The translations under genes were made by a program, and so were the position numbers. DNA of 63,459 nt, the filler included, from Perkinsus chesapeaki ATCC PRA-425 (Eukaryota > Protista > Perkinsozoa), in NCBI GenBank assembly GCA_013115145.1. It is 6 parts of 6 records of this genome, joined end to end, with 100 filler letters (N's around TTAATTAATTAA, not from the genome) between each part and the next. Parts side by side here need not be neighbours in the genome. Positions count along the whole stretch, not along the records: positions 36,143 to 60,321 come from JAAPAO010000549.1; 5 more parts are not named here. One strand, written 5' to 3'. Below the pieces are notes generated by a model, which was given only the letters and a program-made list of their open reading frames with translations, had not been told where the DNA came from and did no database searches. Shown here one piece after another: positions 36,200 to 47,121 of the stretch (positions within the stretch are counted from its first letter, which is position 1; each line of letters starts with the position of its first letter).

Positions 36200-36900
36200 T
36201 TCCTCAGAAGGAACTGTAGAACAGTTATCTTAGAACCGTTACAGATATGACAGTTTCAGGCGAGCGATATGGAAGTAGCGCTGTCCCTCGGACGGCACAT
36301 TTTACTTGCTTGTTTACCAAGGCATTGCTCTTGCTATATTACGAACCTTTCGTCAGGCCTGTAGGGCCCATCAATCTCAAAAACCTTCATATAGCAATAT
36401 TTAGTGACTTCGACATCTCGCGAGAATCAACGACTTGGAGTCCGCTCCACCCCTCCCTGCCGAATCTCGGCGGCCGTCAACCATTAGTGCGTTCTTCAGT
36501 ATCTCGCAGTTCGCGCATGATCTTGCGGAGACTATTTTGCTGTTTTTGTGCGGCAACCGTTTGGCCATCTGTGCCGCGTGCAAGCTCGCGGACCATCAAC
36601 AGACCGGCGTTCTCGACCGGGACCTATTTAGGGTAAGAATCCACCTCAAAATGCATCAGTGTAACTTGCTTTAGGCTTGCTTACGAGCCGTGTCACAGGA
36701 AACTGCAGCCTCAGGAGGCTGGCAGACATCTCGGACAGAGGCCCTTCAACACGTAAGGCATTCCTGGCCACCCTGTGCCGGCGAGAGGAAATTTGAGCGG
36801 AACTTTGGATCGATATTTGTACCTAAAAATGAGTGCTGTTCTGTTCGCTGAGGATCTTAGGGTGCGTATGTCTTGAGTATTACTGATACGGTGGTCGCTT
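36200..36900 (-). CDS. Possible spliced hypothetical gene
   Basis: Exon-like frames RVARNALRVEGPLSEMSASLLRLQFPVTRL and VPVENAGLLMVRELARGTDGQTVAAQKQQNSLRKIMRELRDTEE with GT-AG boundaries. Confidence 0.3.
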
Positions 36901-37349
36901 GGGACGCAGTGCTACCACGAAAGAACGCTGTGCGATGCTCGTACTATCATTGTGAGACATTCTCACTGAAATTTTCCGAAAAAATGTGAAAATTTCACGC
37001 GTATTTTCTCTCTCTTTTGCACTCCCTTCCGCTGTCGGATCTTTCAGCTAGGGAGCGCTTAACTTAGTTCGTCATTAACCTGCTCGGAGTGAGTGAAGGG
37101 CATATTACATGCCAAGCCTTGTGACCAGCAAAGTTCCATGCGCATGCGTGCATGGCGACGATCACATAAGTTGGGATCTAGAAGCAGATCGGTGTTGCGC
37201 AGCGATATGATTGAAGATTCTCTTTTGTGTGCTCTGTCCCCCCCGGGATGAACTTTGCCCATTGAATCAATAAAACCGATTCGTGCCTTATGAGGAGTTA
37301 CTTTCAGTTTGGCTCTCGTAGTTGCACTGTGATAAATTGTATCAACATT

Positions 37350-37750
37350 ATGGCTTCGCGCGGTAAGCCTTTTAGTTTGCCTAAATCGTCAAGATTCTTC
37401 CAAGGGATTCGCACAGTACTTCCGTCGTCCGGATAAGATGTATAGGCGGCCATTTGCGTACATTTCAACGATGGCTCGCTCTGGCGGTGGCAGGCCATCG
37501 GAAGCCTACCAAGCATTACAATGTAAATAGTACCACTGAGATTCCGGCTTGGCAAAAATTGCACAAAATCTGTCTACTTTCTATTGCAGAGAGCTTGATA
37601 AGGTACGGCTTGGTCATGGTCAGCCCAACATGCCACTATCAGAGACCTGGTTAACAGTGGCTACCAACTGGGCAGCACAGGATTCAGCACCCAGCCAGAA
37701 CGGAGCCAAGGTGCGAGCCTTCTAGTCTTATTCAGAATAGCTCATTCTGA
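37350..37750 (+). CDS. Small spliced hypothetical protein (~95 aa)
   Basis: In-phase exon joining gives MASRD/SSKGFAQYFRRPDKMYRRPFAYISTMARSGGGRPSEAYQALQ/.RELDKVRLGHGQPNMPLSETWLTVATNWAAQDS. Confidence 0.45.
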
Positions 37751-38039
37751 CTATCATACCAGCATCCCACTCTTACTCCGCTGAGATCTAGAGTAGGTTG
37801 TGACTGAGAGTTTCCGCCTGCTCTTGCTAGACTAGTGGCCGGAATCGAGGGAGAGAGTTTCATATTTCCCCTTGACTTCCACAACGCACGAGTGTTCCGC
37901 ACTGTAAGCCATCACATTATCAGCAGTTTGCCGGTATATTTTATTGATCTCATTCCGTTGACTTTATTGATTTATTATTTATATGCAATCTGCTGGTGTG
38001 TAGACGCCGTGTAAATCAGGTCCGATGGCGGTCATTACT

Positions 38040-38900
38040 CGACAATATGGAAGGAGTTCTCTTGGAAGACGGTCCACAGAAAATACCGGCGGCTCGGCCC
38101 CCGGGGATAGTCTGGAGATGATAACACAGAGCATGTCTTGTATACTTCTGTCAGCAGTCGACGCTTCAAGGTCGACTATATAGTCAGTACTGTGTAAGCT
38201 GTGATGGAGTTGCTTTGGGTTGCACTGTAGAGGGTGTTAGAGCAAGAGCCACGGTTTTGTCATGCAGCATTGACGAGTGTCCGTGATAATGGCGACGAGC
38301 AAGCCAACGTCTAGTTCGCCGGATGGCGGAAGTGATTCGGAGCTTCTGGACTCCTGGGCTGGTAGCGCCACCTTCGATGAAGGCGCATCCTCAGCGCGTC
38401 GACAACGACCGTCGCCTCCTCAATCTCCTGGCACATCACGAGTCTCGGTAAGAAGGCGTTATATGAAACGGTTGATCGATTTGCATATAGCAGAAATATT
38501 TGTCATCGCGGACTTGAACTTGGCGGTCGTTGAAAATACACTTGTCGAGATTTCAACAGAACTCGAATTGATCGTAGAATTTATCGTGATTATGATATAG
38601 ATTCGCATCGCAGTCTCGAGAGGATTTTCATCATGACAGCCTTGTGATTCACGAGTTGTGAATAAAACCAAACGTATAACTTTGCAGGCACTTTTCTCGG
38701 CAGGAAGGCGGGCTATGTCTGCAACAGGAGCGCTCATTCGAGGGCTTTCTGAATCTGTACCAGACGCGTTGGCTGGCCCTGAACCTGCATCACCGGAGGT
38801 AAGGTACCTTTATGAACGTTGATTAGTATCGGGCTCCAAAGCTGGGTTCTTTTGGACATACCGGAGATCATGAGAACCTTGTGCAGTTCTTCTTGGTGAA
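38040..38900 (+). CDS. Possible spliced hypothetical gene
   Basis: Exon-like frame GGLCLQQERSFEGFLNLYQTRWLALNLHPPE and the 107-aa ORF 38277-38600. The gene model is unresolved. Confidence 0.3.
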
Positions 38901-41099
38901 AGAAAGCATAGGAATTACACTTACCTGTAAAGAGTCTCTATTGACTTTTTTAAAAAAAGTTTTTTTTTCTTGGATGGGTCATCATACTGCACGAATGCCA
39001 TAATTCGGGATGGTGGGAAATGATGTAGTTCCGCTCAGAATTGAAAGAGTAACACTAATGCATTATTATCCTACATCAGATTTTCATACGGTTTTTCTGT
39101 ACAAAACCCTCAAGGTTGGAGCTCCGTTGAGACTCAAACGGTCGTATCACTTTTCTAAAGTTCTCTCTCCTTCGACTTGAGGTATCATTGCCATGTGCCT
39201 TGTTCCAGGTTGAGAATATTCTCCTGCATCTCCGTCAGCTGCTCGCTGAGCTTCTTCTGGACATGTCGGGCTCGGCAGATGCATCATCAGTTACTGTCGG
39301 TATCCTGTCCGACGTCCGCGTTAAGAAGTAGGCTGTGCCCGCGACTTGAAAAGTTCACCGTGTGTTGTAGCAATATGGTGCATCTTGTCTTCGGAACTTC
39401 TACGGTCAGCATCGGGTGGTTTCTCTGATGAATACGGATTATTCTAGTATTCGGGCGGTGCTTGTGTGCCACAGCCAACTTTTATGGTAGTATATCTGAT
39501 GCTGTATTTATATAAAGATTGATATTATTTATATAATGGATTATTATATTCATTATATACCTCTTATAATATATCTCATAGTCTATATGGAAATATAATA
39601 ATATATTGATGTATTAAGATATGGGAATATATTTATTTATGTCTAAATACCTATTTGATGAGATATATTATTAGCATCTAATCTCAATAAAATATCCTAC
39701 GTACTAGGTTTCATCATGATTATACAAGGAACTGCCGTGGCTGCCTTTCCATGCTTCCTTTCTGAATGACCTCCCTCTTCAGGTGCCTGGATGAAGCGGT
39801 TCTCGCCACCACTACCCTGGATGAGCTGGCTGACGCTCTTCTGGATATATGGTAACTACGCTACACCCAGCATTCGCGTGATACGTGCTTTTCCAGCGCT
39901 CTTCGTTACTTTATCTGTATAGGCTTCATCTAAGGTATTCGTCTCATTTATTTCACATTTTATCGTATTCCTGCGACTCGTATTCGGAGCATGGCACACG
40001 CGCGCACTGGTAATCAGCCTCATGCGCTTGCGTGCCTCAATCGGTAAGGTCAACTCGTTCACGTGTTAACTCGATTTTTCCCTGTTTTCGAAATTCATGT
40101 AGTATATCGGCATCGAAAATTTTTTCGCGGTTGTTAAAGGTACGTCTCTCGGTTCGATGACGGAGTGCTGAGCAACTGGAGCCAAGTGTCCCAAGTAGCA
40201 TGGCTTCAGCAGCTGTTCAAGGTTACTGTGGGAACGGAGATCAACAACGCTACCGTACTGAGGTGAGGAATCTTTCAAGTAGGAAAGTGCTGTGGCCTCT
40301 GCAGCGGTGATCAAGCCGTGCGAGGCGAGCGAGCTTGCACTGTGGCGCCGTGTGCCGACATACGCGCCAATTTCCCGTGCGATACATCTTACTCGCTTAA
40401 TGGATCTTGCGATTTATTGTCAGTGTTCGGTTGGGAATTCATCTCCTCATCTCTGCGATCTATCAGCTTGGTATGGCTATCATGGGCGAGCTGGAGGGGG
40501 AGACGTTTGAAAGGTATGCTCACTGTGGGGTACATTGCAGAGACAGAATATGATGAGTTGCGTAGGCAGTGCGCGAGCCATATGGCTATATCATGGGGAT
40601 TAGACAGCAGTTTTTAACCGTACATCAGTCCACACAAAAATTGCTGTAAAACCGATTTAGCTCCAACAAGAGCATATCAATTCGGTACGGGCGGAAAACT
40701 CGCTCGCTCAGATTGTCACTACCTGGCATAAAACGGTCGAGAAACTGTGTGACAACGGCTGCGATATAGTTACACGTGACGTAATCTTGAATCATGGTAA
40801 ATGGCGTTCTAGTTATCGAGTATCGAGGTTTTTAGGTTATATTCCAAGTCAATTTGGAGCACTGTATATCATTTGCACTCTCACTTATTTTCTTCGTGTT
40901 TGTATAATATGAGCAATGTCTATGAAGTGAACGACGCAAATCAGAATCAGAAACAAGACTCCGTTCGTTGACTTGGGTAGTTGGCAGGCACTGTGTACAG
41001 TACCAGCTATCTAAACACTCTATTTACGTTGGCGGGACAAACCAAATGAGCTGACAGTGATGGGTCGGGGAGATGATATTATGTTATTTCCAAGTAGTT

Positions 41100-42722
41100 T
41101 TCATTGCCTCAGATGGCGAGCTTGCATGTCCTCACTGCTCGAGCGCGTTGAGAATCTCGACAGGTAAGCCGGACTCGTTATTCCTTAACTGTACGTCTGT
41201 ATAAAGTCGTGCTACTGGACCAGTAGTACTGGTGTACAGTAGGTTTGCTTCTCGGTATCCGTCCAGTGGTCGAGTCGTCTGTCTCTGGTACTTGCCTTCC
41301 TCTCACACATTCAACGACTTTTTGTACCTTATATACTTCTTCCTTATTGCTTCCAGGATACTATCCCATGGCACTAATCACATACTAAAATTGACTTGAA
41401 CTAGATACACATTAACGTGTTTATTTTCGCCGTCCCCGATCATCCGAGGACGGCAATAAATCAAAATTCGACAATTGCAAAACAAATTTGCTGCCCAGTG
41501 TTCCTACGAGCAATGACGAGGAATTTTTGGGAGCTCTTTGAAACGTTCGATCACTGAATCACAAACACCGACTGTCCTAAGGAATTTCACCTAGTTAATG
41601 AAACTCTAAGTTGAGGCTTCCGGTGGTTACAGGATTCGGGGACAGTAAATTGGGTGCTTGCTCAATCACAACATTTTCCATGTAGAGTTCTGTTTCAGTT
41701 CGTGCGGGGAGAAAGCAGCAGGTAACGTCTTCTTTTCTCCATTGGCTTTCATCGCCTACTACGATGATGCTCTGATGGAGACCGAAGGACGACCGAGAAC
41801 CTTCAAGCTGGTCAGCGGCGTCGAGTGTTTACGTGTTGGCTACTGCCTCGGTTGCTCAGATTACTCTAGCAGAGTCGAGGCATAAGACGGTTGTGGATAC
41901 TCGGCTGTTCATCAACTCGGTTGAGGACGGCTCTGGGACATATCTTCCGGTATGATATTGATAAAACTGAAATATTTGGATGTCATTAATCTTGCCAACA
42001 ACCTATTGTTCCCAAGAGAAGCGGAACTCTAGTTTAGTATGTCTGTGTGACATTAATATAGTCGATGATCGTTCTTGCTTCGAAGGCAATTTCCACAGTT
42101 CTGTCCTCGTTTGCGTGAAAGAAGCGTCGTAGGAAAGGGTAGCTCAACTTATTATGCTCAGGACATTGATTCTAGCGCCCTAATTGCTGAAGGTCGCAGC
42201 AGTTCGAGGAGGCCTACCCTGATACCACCTGTAGGAGATGCAGAGCTGGAAGCCCAAACCAAGGTGAGCTCTGACATCAGCCAGATCATCCAGCTTTTCC
42301 ATGCAGAGGCTAGCCAAGGAGTTGTTTGCTCGGAAAACTCAGCCGATAACATTGATAAATAGACATAGTGCGCCGCTCACAGGACGGCTGTATAATCGGA
42401 TGGATCACATTTGTGCGGTGAGTTACTCGGAACAAGCGATTTATTTGTACACCATTGACTTGTAGATACCGGTAGGAGGCTTGAGAGGGCCAGGCGTAGG
42501 GACAGCGAAGGAGGGAAAGAGAATCCAGCTTCGACCGCCATCATCCCACGACGTGTTCTGGCTTAAGGTGAACACATTATTCTCGACGGTTAGTATCTTG
42601 CCGCGCTCGATGATTTGAGTATTAGTGCCGTCACGTATTAGAGCTCATTACCTTGCTGCGCTACTCTACAACTTGTTTCAAAGCAGATTTATGAATGGCG
42701 GAATCGCTCTATCCCGCTTTGA
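41100..42722 (+). CDS. Spliced hypothetical gene(s)
   Basis: In-phase exons ...FEEAYPDTTCRRCRAGSPNQ/GRLYNRMDHICA/IPVGGLRG...HDVFWLK/SSLPCCATLQLVSKQIYEWRNRSIPL*; upstream GELACPHC exon. Confidence 0.35.
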
Positions 42723-43274
42723 AAGAAGCTTCGATTTGGAGACACACACTGCTGTCTTTTTGCGACTCGCACTTTTCCGTGAAGTGCTTGGTCAGGTATC
42801 TACACCGGGCACCACTGGTTCGATATACAACTGCGAGGTTCATCGAGGGCAGACATGGGAGCTTCGAGGCCACAATGCATCATTGTTGGTGGATTCGAGT
42901 AGCTCGCGTACTTGAAGATGCACACTTGCCTTTAAAGCAGTTTCACTTCTTTTGCTGAGTTCGTTGTTAATCCTGGGAGGGGAAGGATTCAGGGTTGAGT
43001 GTAGGCTGCGATGATCACGTGTATAAAGCGCATGTCACTTTCGATTCTCGCAACTTGCTCCCTGGCAACGTTGATTAATTTCTCGGGCCATATTTCTCAG
43101 GGAAATAAAGGTCCCTGCTATTGGTTGCGAAGCGTCCTTCTCAATTCGATGCAATCCAGGAGTGCGAAGCGGATCTCTCAGGAGAACGCAAATCTGGTTT
43201 CCACCGTTTCCTTACCGTAACCATTTCCCCTTTAGTACTATCAAGTTGCAAATCGGACAATTTCGTAAACCCCA

Positions 43275-45318
43275 ATGGCCGACCATTCCAGCGGTCTCCG
43301 CATCAGCGTCGGTTCGGTAGGATCCCGCGGGATCTCTTTGTCGAGCTCCCTAGCGTCCTCTGTATATTCCTCGATGGAGGTGCCAAGAACAGAATACGAT
43401 CAGCTCAGTCCGGGAAGCTCTTCGTCCAGTCAGAGCACAGACGAGGCGTCACCGTCCTCGAGAGGAATGCAGGTTGGTCGATCCTTGCAGCAGGAGATTC
43501 ATTACTTCTCTCACGTAGACATACTCTCAACTAGGTTGAGCTTCGTTAGGCTGAGAATTGGTCTGTCGCTGACGATAAGGGCATTTTATTTCACCCACTT
43601 GCATTCTAGTTCGTGCCCCTCGTAAGCGCGCCACATTGCTTAGGTCCGAAACTCGGTGATGTCCTTGAGAGCAGCTGCCACTCGACGAGTTCGAAGCTCA
43701 AGCCTGGCGCCTCGACGCTCCGGTAGTTCGACTCAGCACACGCAATCATACGAGTCAACGCATCGTCGCAGCAGGTGAGTCCCACTTAAGCCCACTGTCC
43801 AATGGTGTCCTGTATACTGTAGACGGCCGGAGTGCAGTGGTGCTGCTCTTTGTCAGGTCCTTGCTTGACAATTTCACTGAGAGCTATCATGCCTCGCCCG
43901 AAGCCGAAGTCTCCCTAGAACTCACTCCGACAAGCGTATGCTCCTCGGCAGCTCAGTTCACCCGACAGCAACCAACAATGTCGCAAGATAACCTTATGGC
44001 CCCTCCGCGCTCATCAGCATCCTTAAATGAGCCTGCGGAATACAACGATCCTCTGCAGTCATCAGAAGTGCACGAGCATATCGTGGATGAGACGGCCTCG
44101 CTGGCGGCATCAGCACCGCAAGGCTGGTGTATGGAACAGAAGACTCCACGGGAATCTTCGACGCCGCAAGATGCTCCAGAAGGTGCAGCCGAGCCCATCG
44201 ATCTCAATGAAGAAGCGGAGCTATCTCCGGAAATTCAATTAGCAGAGGACCACGATATTCTTGCGGACTACTTGGAAGCTCGAACAGAGCCCAAGCGCAG
44301 ATCGCCGGGTAAACCGCCGTTGAGCAGAAGCAGCAGCTCACCTGCACTGGCGACAGCGATTCGCAACGTGCGGAAGTCGATGGGCGCCACGAGCCAGTCG
44401 GTTTCGCCAGAAAGGCCGACTGGCGAGAAGCTGTCGCCAGATAGATCGGCCGAGCGAGGCAGTCTGAACTCCATGTGTGGGTTTGGATCTCCAGTTCGTC
44501 GATTCTCTATAGAGAAGGTGGCCGAGGTTAAAGCCGTCGAGATTCCTACTGTAGAGCGCTTACCCAGCACTCTCGTCTACGCTTGCGATTTGGAGGCTTG
44601 CGAGGTGCCCTTAGATAATGGCGTCACTATACGGATTGGATATCCTCATCATGGCTGGGTAAGCATCTTTACAGATGCTAGCGAGGCTATTCTCGAGATA
44701 CGACCATCTGGCGTTGGCCTTCGACTCAACGGTGAAGAGTATCGACTAAGCGATGTCTGCGAGGGCAGCGAGCTCCATATGTTGTATCATACAGCGAGAG
44801 AGGTTGTCGATCGACTCCGTGAAACCACAGTGTCGATCCAAGGTGAAGAGGCGGGTTCATGTCTTATGGCGGACGACATAGCTTCGACCTCGCGAACTTT
44901 TTGTCTGAGGTTCGGCGAGCAACATCGGCCTTGGAAAGGAAATGTTTCTTTGAAGGAAGTCAAAAGCGTCGGCGAAGAGAGCTTGTGGAAGTTTCTGTAT
45001 AACGGTCTGGACATACCGACACTCACAGTGCCCGTATGGGTTATCGACAAGTGGCAGGCTGATGTGATTGAGGCCATCATCAAGCGGGACTTGATGACGT
45101 CGACGGTGACGGTTGTCGACCCTTCCGCCATAAGCGCGCTGATCAAGTCTATTTGGCCGACGGTGGTGCGCAGAAAAGGCGAACTAATAGAGAAGGACTT
45201 GGATGCCATGGGGAAAGCACATAGCGAGTATCTTGAAAAGATGCGGGCGAGCGCCATACCGAAGGACCTCTTAAGTAAACTAATCCCTCCAAGCAATGTG
45301 GCGGCGAGCGGCGGCTGA
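43275..45318 (+). CDS. Ser-rich protein with a C-terminal domain resembling the Plk4/ZYG-1 cryptic polo box
   Basis: The 493-aa final exon is solid. Segment PTVERLPS...ILEIRPSGVGLRLNGEEYRLSD...LYHTAREVVDRLRETT...CLMAD...TFCLRF resembles Plk4 PB1 by eye. Upstream Ser-rich exons join in phase; the start is uncertain. Confidence 0.6.
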
Positions 45319-45609
45319 AGTATAGCTAATTAGAGACTGTACTATTTTTGCATTCTGAAAGGCTGCGTTGCGTTGTTGTCAATAGAGAGAACCAGAACAC
45401 GACATGTTATAGCAAGAGAAGGGTGGTCGGAGAAACGCGAGTATCTAGCTTGCAGTGCTACAAGTGACACCCACGAGAGGACATCCTTCCATCGGTTCTT
45501 ATAAGGAGCCACGGCAAACCCGGAATAGCTGCAAAGACACATGGTGCCTTATAGAAGCGTAAATGCCAAGACTATGCACACAGGGGCGAGATTATAATTC
45601 TGATAGTAC

Positions 45610-47037
45610 ATGCCAAGACGAACTCCAAACAGGATCTCTCAGCTACTCGAGCACGAGACACCATCAGTTGTCTACGCGCGCCTCACGGATGCCCAAAGAG
45701 CTCTTGTGGACAGCATGAGCTCTTCGGATGATGAAGAAGATCACTACGAAGGAGCAGTGCGTAGGGGCATCAGCTTGCTCTCACCGGAAATCTTCCTCTC
45801 CAGCTGGACGGGCTCGAGCTCGGCGCGAATGGGTGAAGGCTCTGGACAGGGCATGGGTTCGAGTACACTCTCTAATATGGGTGATCGGCTGCATTGTTAT
45901 GATCTATTATACCAACTTCTTCCGTGTTATTTGGGAGCATCCTAAGGTACGTGGCATCGATAGTAGTTATGATACAGAATACCCAATGGAAGTCCTCATT
46001 CTCTCAGGCCAATCATAGTTGCCTGCTGACTGCATTCGGGCTTCTTGGCTGTAATATGATCTTACTCTTTTATCTCGGTGTATATCTCAACACCATTCGA
46101 CGAGTTACCGTGCCTTGGGATGAGTAAGGCTCTCCCTCTGTTACTTGATTCAGGCCAACGCCTGCATAGTAAAACTGCTATTTCCTAGAGCCTCAGGCTG
46201 AACTCCTCGTTCGCTCGGATACTTTCAAGTTGAAAGCTTCAGCTGTTTCGATACCCTCGTTGACCGTTTGCAGATATATGCCAGCCTCAGTGCCGATAAT
46301 GGCAGGCATTGGCGTGCTCACGTTCTTCGCCTTCCTACTAGCACTTCTACCTGTCTTCGGCTGGTGGAGTATTCCGATACAATTCACGTTCTTCATGGCC
46401 TTCATCAACGTCGGAAATCTGCTTCCAGGTGGGGAAAACTTTTGTTTCGCACTGCGAAGATTCGGCTCTAATGACTTACGAAAATATTCGCAATTAGTTT
46501 CTTCCATATAAATGCAAACCTGTTGTGCGAACGAGCCCATTAGGATTTAGTAGAGTTGCTAAGCCACCCGTAGAATGATTTTACGGGCTCTATTACCCTG
46601 ACCTTGTGGGCTGGGACTTGAGAGCTTCTCTCGGGTAGCTTCCAGGCAAGGTTTCGACTAACATGATCGCCAAACATCCTTGCTGGAAGTGATTCATTCA
46701 AATCCTGAAGTCGCGCCTCGAGATTGAAAATATCGAACACAAAAGAGAAATATTTCTGAGTGTTCTCTGAGAAACTATTCCGAGTTCGCGTAAGCAGCCA
46801 ATGGCTTCATAAATGGTGCGTAGTCTGGCTAGTGTCTGGCACTCGCTGGACTTGTCGTAATGGGATCGGAACTTCCAGAGAAGTTCGGGTAAAAGCTTTT
46901 ATGTGATAAAATTAATGGAATCATGATCATACTTGTTAGGTGGTGCCACTGGCAGCATACTCACCTTCGCCATCTTCATTGCGGCATTCTTCACCTCAAA
47001 CTACATACCTCACGAAGGCTATGGCCACTACTCGTGA
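45610..47037 (+). CDS. TMEM128-like membrane protein, spliced
   Basis: VHSLIWVIGCIVMIYYTNFFRVIWEHP...NMILLFYLGVYL...PASVPIMAGIGVLTFFAFLLALLPVFGWWSIPIQFTFFMAFINVGNLLP/GGATGSILTFAIFIAAFFTSNYIPHEGYGHYS*. Confidence 0.75.
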
Positions 47038-47121
47038 ATTTGTACTTTTGTCCACAGCTGATCCAGGTTGGCTTGCGTATGACTGGTAGAATGATGCTGC
47101 TCACAGTACATTATCTTTCAA

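Noticed and set aside
42100-43270. Kinase domain upstream of the polo-box-like protein (VVGKGSS, HVYKAH, LAALLYNL fragments)
   Set aside because: The fragments fall in incompatible frames or exons, and there are no HRD, DFG or APE motifs. The upstream model ends at a stop near 42722.
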